A stretch of 64,000 bases of DNA from the human T2T-CHM13v2.0 reference genome, Homo sapiens: the NCBI RefSeq assembly GCF_009914755.1, contig NC_060944.1; one strand, given 5' to 3'. The notes under the pieces were generated by a model. That model had not been told where the DNA came from and did no database searches. It saw only the letters and a list, made by a program, of their open reading frames with translations. Both the position numbers and the translations under genes were made by a program. Below are positions 27,976 through 43,719 of the stretch, piece by piece. Numbering within the stretch: the first letter of the stretch is position 1; each line of letters opens with the position of its first letter.

Positions 27976-28881
27976 CTTTTTAAAGTGCCATAGTCTGTAT
28001 TTGAACTCAGGTCTTTCTGAGGGTAAAGCCCATAATCTCACCTTTATAGCATGCCACTGTCTTGCCAAACACAACTCTTAACTCACTTACTGGGTCAAGC
28101 TTTAATTTATTTATATGTGGTATTTCAATTTTGTGCCGTAAGCCTAGTGGCATCAATTTTAAGATGTAGGCTTTACACATATTGTAATGTAGGTGTTAAC
28201 ATTCTTTAAGAGTCTTAACAAGAAAATTATTAGTTTCTCGGTAAGCTTTCATTCCCCAAATATGTAGTGAATACCTATTCTGTATAAGAGGACAAGAGCA
28301 ATATGAAATGATTGGCTATGCCATTCTGGGATGGTTTTATCATAATACTAAGAAAAAAATACTCTCCTGGCATTCCACTACAGTCCAATCCAGGCTTGAA
28401 CCCTCAGAAGAAATTATGAATTGTGGAACACAGCAAACTACCTCCTCTGTGCAGGGCTAACCACTTCTCCCTTAAGATCCTCTCCTAGCGTGGAACAGCG
28501 TGGTATCTGCAGCCATCACCCCAGATAGTGGTTCTTGAGTTTGCATTGTTGATATGTCTTCTGGATAGTGCTGCCCTACAGAGAACCCATCTTGTTTTGT
28601 TCCCATTCACATTTCCAGGACAGAGCACTGCCCAGATACATGTTAGGTGCACAAATATATCTCTTGAATTACATTAAGTGCCCTATTACAGTGATCTGCC
28701 ATAGATATTTGGTATAGCAACAGCATTGAACATTTAACCACTGGTAAAATTAATATGAAACACATTGTATTTTAGAAAGTATATATGCATTAAATATCAC
28801 ACCACACATACAAACACATATTATGTATCCCCTAATGTATGATTTATATGTATATAATATTTGACATCACAGATACACACA

Positions 28882-29201
<320 letters not shown>

Positions 29202-30227
29202 ACACACAATCCTTTATATACCTTTATGTATATAGATTGTTCTGTAATTCATAACATTTAAGGCTTTTGGGATTTTGTTTTTAAACAAGTATTACAGCTT
29301 AAAACATTTCCTGGGGTTTGAATTCTCATTCCAGCATTTTATGGAACCATAAAATATGACCAGTTTACCTCTTCTACCTTTTCTAAACTTCTCCCTGCTT
29401 TATGACACTGAAAACAAACACACATATGAAATGAATTATGTTTAAATTTCTGGGCAACATTTTCTTAGCAAGCAACAAAAATATATAATTCTATTTTTCA
29501 GAAAGTAATTTAGTTCTAGGAAGCTGAGCTGACACATAACCAATTAATAGTTGAAAAAAAAAACTACCATTTGTTGTCAAGCTCTTTTAATTTTGCTAAA
29601 ACTGGGTTTGCAAAAGGATATTGAGAAAACATTGACTGTAAATCCTTAATTCCCATTTTCAAAACCTTGTGATAATGAATAATTCTTTATGATTTCTTCA
29701 ACAAGTAACATACTCATCGTCTTTATGCTTCCTATCTTTTTTTTTTTTCAATCCAGAAGTGTGATCATGACAAAAGTCTATGCCAGGAATATGTCGATCT
29801 GACTTAATGCTTTCTGAGACTGTTGTTTCTCTCCCTGATTTTTGATACTTTTACAGAGATAATAGCTACTTCCTAATCTGTTTTTTACTTCCTTGTTTCC
29901 ATTTTATGTTTCAATGAAACAGCAGAATACATTACTTCATCTTAATTTTCCTACTTACCTGTGTTTGTTGTTGTTGTTTTAATGTGATAGAATGTGGGAT
30001 TTTTACTGTTTGGAATAGCAAGAGAGCTACAGATGAACAAATGGAGGCTAATAGATAATAAAAGACTTTTCCAAAGACATGGACTAATTGGTGCCCAGGT
30101 TCAGCTTGCAGGATTTCAGAAACAGCGGTGAGTTAAGTCAGCAAGTCCTATGGACTCTTGAGAGCAAGCTCTTTTTTTTTTTTTTTACATTTTTTTATTA
30201 TTTTTTTAAAAATCAATCACTTACTAG

Positions 30228-30460
30228 AAGGCAGTAGAGGCTATTGGTTAAGAGCACAGACTTTGGACTCAAACAAGCTATCCTTGGAATTTAATTCTGC
30301 TGCCTCCCTTCTTAGCTATGTGATACTGGGGTAAGTCACTTAACTTCCCAGTGTGCTTCCTGTTTCCATCTGATAAGTTATGGTGACATTACTGAGCTCT
30401 TAGAGTTTAGGTAAAGATTGTATGTAGTACAGCCTGGCTCATACTAAGCAATGAATAAAG
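30228..30460 (+). mobile_element. MIR
   Basis: ggttaagagcacagactttggactca...tagctatgtga...aagtcacttaac. Confidence 0.8.
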
Positions 30461-31171
30461 GGTGGCTAATGCTGGTTTTTATTACTATATTTTCTTCTTA
30501 TACTTTGACAAGCATTAATAGAGTAAGTAAGCATGGCTATATGGAACTCAATAACTTGGAAAGCATGATGATGGATGACACTTTTTATGCTTCTATTTTA
30601 GCCAAAACAACTGTTTACATATCCTGTGGATTATTTAAGCACATGCCACATTGCTACAACTCATGGAGTGGCCTTATTCTATACCTAATGATAGCTGGCC
30701 TGGCCATGCCTCATTTCACTGCCGATTTCCTTCTAGATACTCCTAGAATCCACTTATTCTCCATTTTTACTGCCACTAATCTAGTTCAGAGTTTTTATCA
30801 TTTTTCACTGGTTCTACTACACCATCTTATTGAATATCTTTTTGTTTAGCAAGGATATTAAATCTATTACCTTTATTTTGAACCAGAGAATTTTTTTGAA
30901 GCACAATTCAAATGATGTAATGCTCTTGGTAAATCTCTTTCACAGAACCCCAAACTCCCTCAGAGAAGAGTGATAGTCTCACCATGATGGGTCTTTTTCT
31001 GTCCTTCTCTGTGTCTGTAAGATAGGGCAGAGGAGGAAAGTGAGGGTCAGGAAAGTTAGATAATTAGCCTGAAATTACACAACTAGTGAGTGACAGAACA
31101 AGGACCCCATGCCAGATGTGTCTGTTCCACAGTCCAGATCTGCACAGTTATTACCACAGTTATTACATAGA

Positions 31172-31391
31172 TCAAGGATCAGCCAACTAAAGCCTGTGGG
31201 CCAAAGGAATCCCACTCCCTGTTTTGTTAATAAAGGTTGATTGACATTCAGCCACACCCATTCACTTTCATATTGCCTATGGCTTCTTTTATGCTTCAAC
31301 AGAGTTGAGTGGTCATGACAGAGACCATCTGGTTCACAGTCAAAAATATTTACTATATGGTCCTTTATAGAAAAAACATTGCTGGCACTTG
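31172..31391 (+). mobile_element. MER58A
   Basis: cagccacacccattca...aaaatatttactatatggtcctttatagaaaaa. Confidence 0.85.
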
Positions 31392-33097
31392 ACATAGAAC
31401 ATACTTGGATTCAAAAGAGTAAAAGTGATAGATTCCTGGATGTTCACCGTGAGGAACTCTGTGATCAGAGTCGTCTGAAACTTTAATGAGGTGGATGAAA
31501 TGTCGCTTTAACAACCAGAAGAATTACTCAAGTAGTAAGACCTAAATATACTAAGAGATTTTAATTACCTAGATATCTATTGGGAAAACATCTTGACAGG
31601 ATGCAGATTGTCCAATCAGTTATTTTTAAAGGGTTGCTGACAGTGCTTAATGTGGAAGAGGTAGGAAGCTAAAGAGATGGCAGGGCTCCTCCACCTGACT
31701 GTGCCCCAGAAAGAAAAGACGATTGCAAACAAAATGGGATATGTCATTTGTAGAGGCAGGTACTGTGAAATAAATGGCAGAATTCACAGTGCTAAGGTAG
31801 GGGATTAGAAAAAGCAGCTGAACAAATAAAACGAATCTTAAGAAAGTAACCTTGAGTACAAAATGTTCTGAGCCCAAAACAACTGCATATATGCATAAAT
31901 ACGTGCACAATCACCTGTTGAATGCGCTCAGGAACTTTGCAGTTGACCTACTTGGAGGGGAAAAATCGGCATACTCAATCATTCAGAAAAGTCAAGCATT
32001 TGTTTAAATCAAATATGCCAAAATTCCAAAAAGAATTTAGCATGAATAATATTTTTCACAAAGGCGAAAAGCCTTCTCGTTCTCTGGGAGCCGTTTTGTA
32101 TTTGGGAGATTGGAGAGCAAAAAGGCAAGTGCCGTTTGTGATAATAGGTTCTCGGAGGGCAGAAATAAATTATGTTCAGAATGTACAAGGAACATGATGA
32201 TGGTTAAGCCCTTAGACTGTATGTAGTTGTCCTGCTAGAGAACTCAAAGTATGGAAAATTACAAAATACCATTCTAAGTGGTCTAGTGAGTGAGTGCAGC
32301 TTCCAAGTGCTATCATTTAATTTACTTTCAGGGAGTAATGTGTGTGCCCTGGGTTTGTCTTGTCAATGCTCCTGTGCAGTGGTGCCCAAGGAGAGGCCAG
32401 AAAGAACTTGAGGAGATCTGTTGGTTCCTTTGGATGAAGAAATGAAATAGACCATTTTTTCCTTGGTTTCCTCAATCATGTTTAATTAACTTTTGTCAAG
32501 GGCCTGCCGGGTGCCCTGCACTGGAATTGGGGACATCAAGATGAGTAAAGATCTATGTGCGGGAGAAAAGGCAAAATCAAATTATTGTCATACAATTTGA
32601 TGAATTAATTCTAATACTAGAGGCAATACTTGGGCCAGAGGCTGGGTGAAGGGAGAGAGAAGATGAAAGACAGAAGCAGGAAGGAGAGGTTTAGAAATAG
32701 GGCAAAGTCACAGCATCTGTGTGACCAGACTCCTGTCCTCAAAGTAAGTGTTTGTGAATACTGGGCTATTTATATTTCCATATATTTTGTGGAAAACCAA
32801 AAAGTATGATGGCAGTCTTGTGGCATGTTCTTGCCCTTCACGCAGTACATGCAACAGAAGGAAATATGAGGACATAACATGTGGCCAGATTCTCCTTCTG
32901 CGAGGGACTATGCGTGTCTCTGAACATGGAGAGGAGAGGCCTCCATCAACCCTCCTGTGCACTTTCCAGCAGCTTGTAGTTGGGTTTGAGTGACAAATGC
33001 ACCTCCCTAGGTCTGAGAGCCAGTTACATTGCTGCCACCAATACTCAAACTCCATTGGCTTTCTTAGTAGCATATACCATTTTTCTAAGAAAACAAC

Positions 33098-33310
33098 CAC
33101 CATTTATTGATTACTTACTATGTGCTGGACACTGTGCTCAGCACCTGCATCCAATACTTATTTAATCCTCACAATTATTCTGTGAAGTAAGAGTCATTTT
33201 ACCCATTTTTGAGAATATGAAGTCACAGAGCCACAGAGTATTGAAATAACTTTCTCAAAGTCACTTGGCAATGTATCTGACTCACACATATAATCAATCT
33301 TAAGTCTGCT
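33098..33310 (-). mobile_element. MIR
   Basis: atttattgattacttactatgtgctggacactgtgct...tttaatcctcacaa. Confidence 0.8.
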
Positions 33311-33338
33311 GTATTTCAGATATTTTTTACTTCCGTAG

Positions 33339-33658
<320 letters not shown>

Positions 33659-34809
33659 CTCTAGTGTGTTTTCTATTATTATTTTTAAATATAGTACTTA
33701 AAACTTATTTAAAAGTTCTATGGTTGAGGCAAATCCATAATAACTACTGCAGAGTTTGAATGCTGGAATATTAGAATATTAGAATATTCTGGGTCTAGAA
33801 TATGTTTGGTCCTTTCCAGGCCTGAAGGGAAGACAGTTTCCATTTTCATTATGCACTTTGGAAGATGCCAGAGAAATTAGGTGGGCATCACATACAAGTA
33901 TCACTGTTTTCACTGTAGCTTTTGTTTTAGAGAGGACAACTTGTAAAACTTTCAGTGAACTTAGGCAAGGAGCAAGCCAACCCTGGCAGGGCAGGCCCTC
34001 TCTGCAGGAAACCCCTAACTGGGAGGTGCCCAGCTCTGGCAAGTCTTTGAACTGTCAGATGCCAGGTGCTGTTAGGGCACCTCCACTCAGCCCCTGCCTA
34101 ATGCAAGCTCTTGAAAACTCAGAGATAGCTTCCTCCTTCATTAGCATTTGTGCTCTGTACTGAACACAGGTCAAAGGGAGATGTTAAAATACACCCCAGA
34201 GTTCACAGGGCCAGGATTTGACCCTATTGAAACCTGATAAATACCACCCCTCTATTGTTCTCTGGGTGGAATCTGGCACCAGGGTGAGAACTGGGATATG
34301 ACTGAAAGATTTTGTTTTATTGCTATCTTAGTCTATTCATTGTTGCAGAGACCCTGACAGGATTTCTCTTATCTGTGATTTGACAAAATATATCTTCTTA
34401 ATCATTGCACGGTTGATGTTAAGAGGGTTCAGAAGTATAAAAGGAAGGAACTTGGCTTAGAAATAAAGCATTGAGGGACTTTAAAATTAGGCCACTGGAT
34501 AGACCTATTAGCCTTTAAAGAGGCTGAGAAATTTTGATGAAGGCTGGGCCTCTGAAACGGGCAACTCTTCTAATTTTAATAATGCATTTGAAATTATTCT
34601 TATCACTTAGTGAATTCTTATTTGATTGCCTTGAGGCCTTTTTCAAGTTTCAGATTTTAATTCCTCACTACTCCATTAGGAAGGTTGGTCATTTTATGTT
34701 CATTTTACTGTTAAGAAAGAAAAAAATGCAGTGAGATCGTACAACTAAGAAATGGTAAAACCCAGACTGGAACTCAGTAAATTTGATATCAAGCCCTGTG
34801 ATCTTAAAA

Positions 34810-35137
34810 AAAGTTACTGTGGTTAAACACGTATAACAAAAATTTCCCATTTTATTCAATTTTAAGTGTGCAGTTTGTGGCATCAAGTACATTCACACGG
34901 TAGTGCGGCCACCACCATCTGTCTCTAGAACTTCTGTCTTCCTAAACTAAAATTCTGTACTCATTAAGCAGTAACTCTTCCTTAATCTCTCCACCTATCC
35001 CCTGGATACTACCATTCTGCTTTCTGTCTCTATGAATTTAACTGTTCTAGGTATGTCATATAAGTGGAATCATTATATCTGTCCATGTTGTAGCATGTGT
35101 CAGAATTTCCTTTTTTTTCCAGGCTGGATAATATTTC

Positions 35138-35171
<34 letters not shown>

Positions 35172-35420
35172 TGTGTGTATTTATATCACATTTTGCTTAT
35201 CCATTCATCTATCAATGAACACTTCAGTTGTTCCTTCTGGCTATTGCCAGTGTTTCTATGAACATGAGTGTACAGATATCTGTTTGAGCTCCTGCTTTCA
35301 ATTCTTTTGAGTATATGCCCAGAAGTGGAATTGATGAATCATATAATAACTCTATTTTTAACTTTTTGAGGAAATGCAATACATTTTTTTTCCCAAAGCA
35401 GCAACACCTTTTACATTTCT
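34810..35420 (-). mobile_element. L1MB-type 3' end, containing (TG)n at 35140-35178
   Basis: ctttctgtctctatgaattt and cccagaagtggaattg antisense L1MB motifs. Confidence 0.85.
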
Positions 35421-35948
35421 GTGCTTTTTTTGTCCATATCTAAGTTGCCTTGGAATGATGAACTAGCTGAGAAAATAGCACTGCTGGTGTAACAATGCCA
35501 TATGTAGCTGATCTGATGCTTTTATTGTGTATTGGTTTAACACACATGTATGTCATATGGTTCATGAGCATTTACAAATGATATGCTTCCTCTGCTGCTT
35601 AAAAGTCATATTGAATAAAGGGGCATGTTTAACTTTTTCAGAACACTTGAAATATGATGAAATGTCAGTGTTTTTGAGGCGTCAAAACAAATGACATAAT
35701 GTCAGTATTTAGAAACTCAACTATGTGTAAAACAAGTTGCTTTTGTTTTCCACCAGGCACACCACAGCATGTTTAATGATGGATATTATTGTTGTGAATT
35801 GTATCTAATCTGCTCCAGACTCAGAAAGCCTCCAACACAAAGTGTCATTTGTTCATCACTTTGTGGGTTTTGCCTGTTTCTTACATACAAAGGTTCACTA
35901 GGAGTTGAACAAAAAACTTAAAGATAGGTATGGGGTTGTGTAGTCTTG

Positions 35949-35950
<2 letters not shown>

Positions 35951-35987
<37 letters not shown>
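35951..35987. repeat. (GT)n microsatellite
   Basis: Direct. Confidence 0.95.
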
Positions 35988-35990
<3 letters not shown>

Positions 35991-36389
35991 GAGGGGTTTT
36001 TCAGCTGTTCTTTTTATTTTTATGGAACAGGATATCTCCAGATGATTTCATTTGAAGGGGGAAAGCTCCAAATTATTCCAAATGGGATGATTCCATTTGG
36101 AGATCTTTCCTCTTGCTTCAGGACTGCTAGTATAATTCCCAGAGAAGCATAAGAAGGCCACAGCTATGCCTAAAGGAGTTAAAGCTGGTGCCTAATCTTT
36201 GAAGTCTGGCAGGCCTACCTCCACCCCAAAGTCAGTGGTCACCGCTATCCAAGGATTCATCAAATTGTGACTCACAGGGTGGAGAAGGCTGGCTTTGAGA
36301 GAGGTGAATGTGCATCTTCCTCAGGACCACAGTTGTGGGGTTAGCTGTCCTGCATCAGACCTCTGTCTCATTTTCATGATGAACATCAA

Positions 36390-36907
36390 TGTGGTAGACA
36401 CACCGTAACCTGACCCAGAATGAGCAGGGCTCTTTTGTAGTCCCCTCCTCTTGAGTTTGGGCAAAACCCATGACTTGCTGCTAGTTAATAGAATATGGCA
36501 AAGGTCATGGGATAGTCACTCTTGATTAGGTTATGTTGCATAAGACTTCATCTTAGCCAGCTGGAAGAGAGATTCTTTTGTTGGTCTTGAAGCTGCCATA
36601 TTATGAGAGGGGGATGCCAAGGAATGGGCCACCTAAGGAGGTGAGAGTAGTTCTTGGTTGGTAGCCAACAAGAAAGTGAGGACATCAGTCAGTCTTAACA
36701 ACCACAAAGGACTCTTATTGACAGTCATGTGAGCCTGGAAGAGAACTCCAAGCTCCAAAAAGGAACACAGCTTGGCTGACACTTTGATTGAATCCAATTA
36801 AGCCATGCTCAGACTTCTGATCCATGGAAACCAAGACATACAAAATGTATTTTTCTAAGTTTCTATATTTGTGGTCATTTGTCACCTAGCAATAGAAAAC
36901 TAATACA
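36390..36907 (+). mobile_element. MaLR solo LTR (MLT1E-like)
   Basis: tgtggtagaca...gcaatagaaaactaataca termini; aatagaatatggcaaagg motif. Confidence 0.85.
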
Positions 36908-37019
36908 ATCAAGCACACCTTTAATGTTACCTTCTCTTTCCCTGCTTGTTCCTTTCATTTTTATTTTGCCTTTTTACCTGTTTTCTTGTTCTGTGGATTC
37001 TGTCTGATGAGACCATCAA

Positions 37020-37350
37020 TCAAGATGCCCTGGTTTCCCCCAGTGAGGAGAAAAACACATGACCCAAACTAGGCCAATCAGATCTTTCTCTCCAGGAATC
37101 CAAATCTTAAGAAGAATGAAAAAGAGGCTGTATGTGTTTGGAGCTGACTGATCCCAGCAGTGTTGCCCTGAAACACTCTTGCTACCAATTCTCCTAGAGA
37201 GTTCCTGCCACCTATCTTTGCCAATTCCTATTCCCTAACTTCCTTTTTTATTCTGTGAGCTCCACTAGATTCTTCAAATGAATTCCTCTTCTGCTGAAAT
37301 TAATCAGAATCTATTCTATTTGTTGCAGTCAAAAAATTCCTATTGATACA
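37020..37350 (+). mobile_element. Old LTR fragment (LTR33/MLT1-like)
   Basis: cacatgacccaaactaggccaatcaga; ends ...tgataca. Confidence 0.5.
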
Positions 37351-37409
37351 TAGAGCCCTGTTGTAATCACCTCATACATTTTTTTGTCTCTCTGGGTTGT
37401 ATTATGGTC

Positions 37410-37744
<335 letters not shown>

Positions 37745-38358
37745 TAAGTGTTACCCAAACATGCAGGGTTTCAAGGTAATTCTTGATAGGATTTTAGAAT
37801 CAGAATCCTGATTCTAAAGATAGGATTTTAGAATCAGAAGTCTGGAAATGATACATGAAAATTGTCAAGTTACCTTCTTAATTTTAATTTAAAGACCACA
37901 GTTTTTGGTTAAGTCTCATAAAAACATCTTTAGACTTAGGATAAATCAGAAGATGTATACTGTATGTAGCGATGAAAACATAATTTTTTTAACTAGGAAA
38001 ATAAAGAGTACAGAATGGCTCCCAGCAGTAAATTTTCTAGTTTCTTAGGAGGAAAAGAAAGATCAGTTGGTGGTGCAGGTTTTCTTGATCTTCAAAGTGA
38101 GTGTGTAAAGACTTCTATTTCCTGGCTGGAAACATCAAAGACAAAGGAGGAATCTTAAAAGAAATAAAAACTCTAGAATAAAATTAAAAATAAGAATTGA
38201 AAAGTAGAGAGAAGTACAATTCCACTGTTAGAATTAAAATTTTTTTACTCACTTCTTGATATACAGACCTTCTTTCCTTCCTGGTAAAAGCCTATTTGAA
38301 AAGTGTTATGAAGTTTCTCCCTCTTGTATCTTGTCAGAATATACAAAAATTCAGATTA

Positions 38359-39099
<741 letters not shown>

Positions 39100-40367
39100 T
39101 ATATTCTTTTTAAAGAAGTTAAAATAAGACTGTTAATACTTTTATTGCACTGTTCATGACAGCATGTCAAGTATGATAAAGCATTTTTTTTCTTAGTTTA
39201 ATTTATTGAATTGTAATTAAGGTATTTTTCACTGTAGTCCTAAGAATGACCATGCTAAAACTGTCTTGACAAGTCCTTTGCTAATGCCTTAATAAACAAC
39301 ATTCAACACTGTTAAAGTTGGGAACAAGTTTGAGGTAAAATTTGTGTCCATGAGAGTGGACGAATCATGGTAAAGAAAATAATGTGGAGAAAATATATAA
39401 GAAAAAAGTCAACAACTGAAGAGTAGATTTTTGAAAGTTCAGTGGGTTTTGCTTTGTTCTAGGGCCAATTTTAGCTTCCTTATTAAGCATTATTTTGTCA
39501 ATTTTCCTATTAGAAAAACATAATTGAGATTTTGTTTTGGGATTTCTAGAAGAAATGAGTTGGTGTTTTTATGGTGTTTCCTTCGAAACCCAAAACTGAA
39601 CATGGAACTGAACATGGTCCTTTACAAGATTTCCCTCTCTTTTACATACATTCTAGAGTAGATAAAAATGAAATGAATCTTAGAGCTCAGGAAATATCGC
39701 GATTTCAAATGGACAATCTTGACTTTTTTGTCACATTGTTTCTTCGTGGAAAAACTCATTCTCTCTCCCATTCCAATTTTCCAGTAGAGATTTGATTGAG
39801 TCTTGAGCATGCGTTGACCATCTTCATATCATGTATTATGACTGAAGTATTAAGGATCTAAAAGGTACAGAGATAGATTGCACTTAGCTTAGGATTGTTA
39901 CATGCACTCTCATTCAATGTTTGGACAACTTGATGGAATACCCTGGAAAGTTTGCCATTATCTTTCCCTGTGCATTGGCTCCATAGACTTAATGCACCTA
40001 TCTTATGGATGGAATGACGATACTTTGTGCTTGGAGACCTGAAATTGTTGCTTTGTAGCCCTTTGCTCTTATTTAGCCCCAGAACCAGAACTTCTAGAAT
40101 GAAACTCTAGTAAAGAATCAGTCAATGTTTTTTGTTTGTTTGTTTTTTCCCCACTCCAAAGAGAATGTGTTTTACTTTTTTGTGGCTCTGAAAGATATGC
40201 CAACTCAAACTCCTAGGTCTCTCAGGATTGATGGGTACCCTTTTATATTGCATCACAATTGAAGATATACTAGTGTAAGGTCTAGCTACCTTTCTAGAAT
40301 TACCATCCAAAAAAGCTGTTAATTTAAACCCTACTTCTTAAGCCAAGCAGTGCATCTAAAGTGAGCT

Positions 40368-40677
40368 TTTTTTAATTTTAATTTTTTTTTTTTTTTTTGA
40401 GCCAGGGTCTCGCCCTGTTACCAGGCTGGAGTGCAGTGTTGTGATCTCGGCTCACTGCAACCTCCACCTACCAGGTTGAAGCGACTCTCCTTCCTCAGCC
40501 TCCTGAGTAGCTAGGACTACAGGCATGCGCCACCACACCCAGCTAATTTTTGTATTTTTAGTAGAGACGGGGTTTCACCATGTTGGTCAGGATGGTCTTG
40601 ATCTCTTGACCTCGTGATCCGCCCGCCTTGGCCTCCCAAAGTGGTGGGAGTGCAAGCATGAGCCACCATGCCCAGCC
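40368..40677 (-). mobile_element. AluSc
   Basis: ctcttgacctcgtgatcc, 2-nt deletion in the right arm; TSD taaagtgagct at 40357 and 40678. Confidence 0.93.
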
Positions 40678-43406
40678 TAAAGTGAGCTCTTGACTGAACC
40701 TATTACTGATTGGACTTTCTTGGAAGCACTGAATCCTGACTGTATCCAGCATTTCCTAAACCAATGAGAATTCTCCTTAAAGCATGTGTCCTCAGTTTCA
40801 AAGGAAATCAGTTCTGAGATACTCTTTTTCTCTTATAGGATACTATTATGGTCTTCAGACATTCACTGTATGAAGGGTTTAGGTTGTAGAACAAATCAAA
40901 TATACTTGAAATGCATTTTGCTTTCTGAGGGACTATGGTGTGCTTTTCTTCAAGACTTGACAAAATTTACTTTTTTAAAAATTAACTTCCTCCTGTGTTT
41001 ACACCAGCTTTTATACTTTGTTGGAAATACAGCCACTTCCAGAGAGAATTTGGCGTTGCACTTATCAAACAGGATAACTTAATTATTGGCACAGATTATT
41101 TTTTATTTGAGCAGTGTGCACTGCCATGAGAGAGCATCCACATTTTCATTCTGGGCATGGAAACAATGTAAAACAGGTTTGGCATGAAGCATGTATGTAT
41201 GTGTGTATGTGCATCAAACTCTACCCTATGTGAAAGGCTGCCAATTTTTAAAATCCTTGGGAACTAGAGTAATTAATCTCTTCTGTTGCCTATAACAATC
41301 GGAAGACCTGGGAATATTTCATCCATTTGTACCATTTGGAAACCATTATTGGCCCATAGAGATTGATACTTCAAGAGGAGTGGTCTCTTGCCAGCTTACT
41401 TCGTAAGTTTTGCCTATCTAGTTTCAATATTTCCCACCCTTCTCTACTTTATGTTGTATCTTTTCCTTGGGTTAAAGGTTTTTGTCAGCTTCTTCTGCTT
41501 TGTGCTTATATTTTTCTTCCTATTTACAAAAGCTCATCTTCCCTCGCCAATGAAACAAGTTATGGAGTGTGTACATCTACACCTAGCTGGCTCTGCTGTT
41601 GTACAGAGGTGCAAACAGGGCTGTGATTTTAGACATAGTAGTGTCAATAGACATAGTAGTGAGGATGACACAGCATCCCACGGGACAAGATTGCAGTGAT
41701 GTTATCCTCACTTCAATTCAACTGCATGACTAACAAGAACATTACAGAGAAAAAAAGAAAGAAAAAAGATTAAAGATTAATGCTTCCAGTCAGTCATGTC
41801 CCATGGGGAGACATCTTAGAACCCGTTCTACCCATTGTGACCACACATATATAGCAGTTTTTGAGAAGGAATCAAAACTCAAGAATAAATGACATGTTCT
41901 GATATGTTAGGCAAATGTCAGACAATGACACAGAGCCCTAAGTTAATATTTGGGAAACTAAACTTTTGAAGTACTTTTATACAAAGCATATGCTAATATA
42001 TGCAGACTAATGCAAATTATCCATAACCTTGAGGTTTCTCACAGGTTGACAGTGGGGTCCTTGGTGTCACAGAAGGTGACCATTGCTGGTATAGATTCTG
42101 ACAATTACTTGGATTATATCATGACTTCATATTTAATGTGAATTTTATCTACTTAGTCTGAGCAGTTGCTCATTTGCCAACAGTTTTGCTTGTGTATATA
42201 AGTAAACAAACATATTTATCACCCCTAGGATCAGTAAACGCTAATAAAGTTGCTGCTGCTTGCACTTTAGATTTGTTTTAATGACAGACACATCCTAAAT
42301 TAACTAAGAATGGTTTGCTTGCTTTAGAGCTTAGCAAGAAAGGTAAAGATATTAGCATGATTCGTTGTCACCAATCAGGTTGAAATGATGGTACATGTTA
42401 TTCTTTGTCATCAGCATACTCTATCTTAGACTGTATTTTTAAGGGGGAGTGTGTGTGTATTCATGCATGTGTGCATGTCTGTGCATATGCGCACACATTT
42501 TCTTTCATGGGAGTTCTGATGTCACTTTTTGACAAAATTCATTGTGAACTTTATCTCAGACTGCAGTGAGGAAAACCAACAGACTGAACAAATGAACAAA
42601 TACACAGACTCTTCTCCCCTACTTTATGTAATATTTTATATGCGTTTTATTTAAAGCCAGCACTCTACATGCAGCCATCATGAATTATCTTGTGTGATGT
42701 ACAATATTTGTTAAGGTGTGCTTTGCAAATGCTCTCTTATTCAACTAGTTCCCTGAATGGGCTGAAACATGGTCATTTTTGTTCTATACACAGACAGTAT
42801 ATTAAAATAAGGATTAAAACCATGTTTAATCAATTGTTAGACTTTTATCCCTTCATGTTACTGTTCCATCTTTCTTTCTGCCCTTTGCTGATCATCTAAA
42901 AATAAATTTGTATTCTCTGACCAATGAACTCACTCCATTCATTTATTAACTCTTTTACAGTCTTGTTTCTTTCTGAAGTGGTAGAAACACTTAATAGCCT
43001 ACTCTAGTGAACTTTCTTCAGACCATGTCTTCTTTAACACCTGTCACACTCAACAATGTTGACTACCCTCTCTTAGGTGGTCTTTGCTGCGTCGTTTGCT
43101 GTCAACCATTAACACCATACCTGTATCCAGAAGCGCTGTCGGAAAGCCAGGTCTGCTGATATTGATTCTTTTGGTCTTTTTCTGTCTCCACTTTGGCCTC
43201 TCTTTTCCATTTCTCCATTGCCTGCATGTTTTCTTCTTTTTCTGTTTGTCAATTCCATTTGATACAGCTATTCTATGAAGAAAATAAAAGATATTGTTTA
43301 AAACTAAAACCAGTTATATCTACTTCTATCTTTTGGAAAAGATATAATGCGTGAAGTACAGGATAGGTAGTGCTTACAATTTATTTTTGTTTTAAGAAAA
43401 TGCCCA

Positions 43407-43719
<313 letters not shown>

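Noticed and set aside
30451-33103. 132-aa and 131-aa ORFs (30451+ and 32708-)
   Set aside because: No recognisable homology or exon structure; lengths are expected by chance in 64 kb
35654-35700. ATGATGA followed by an imperfect hairpin, as a C/D snoRNA or miRNA
   Set aside because: No suitably placed CTGA D box or terminal stem, and the hairpin is too short for a pre-miRNA
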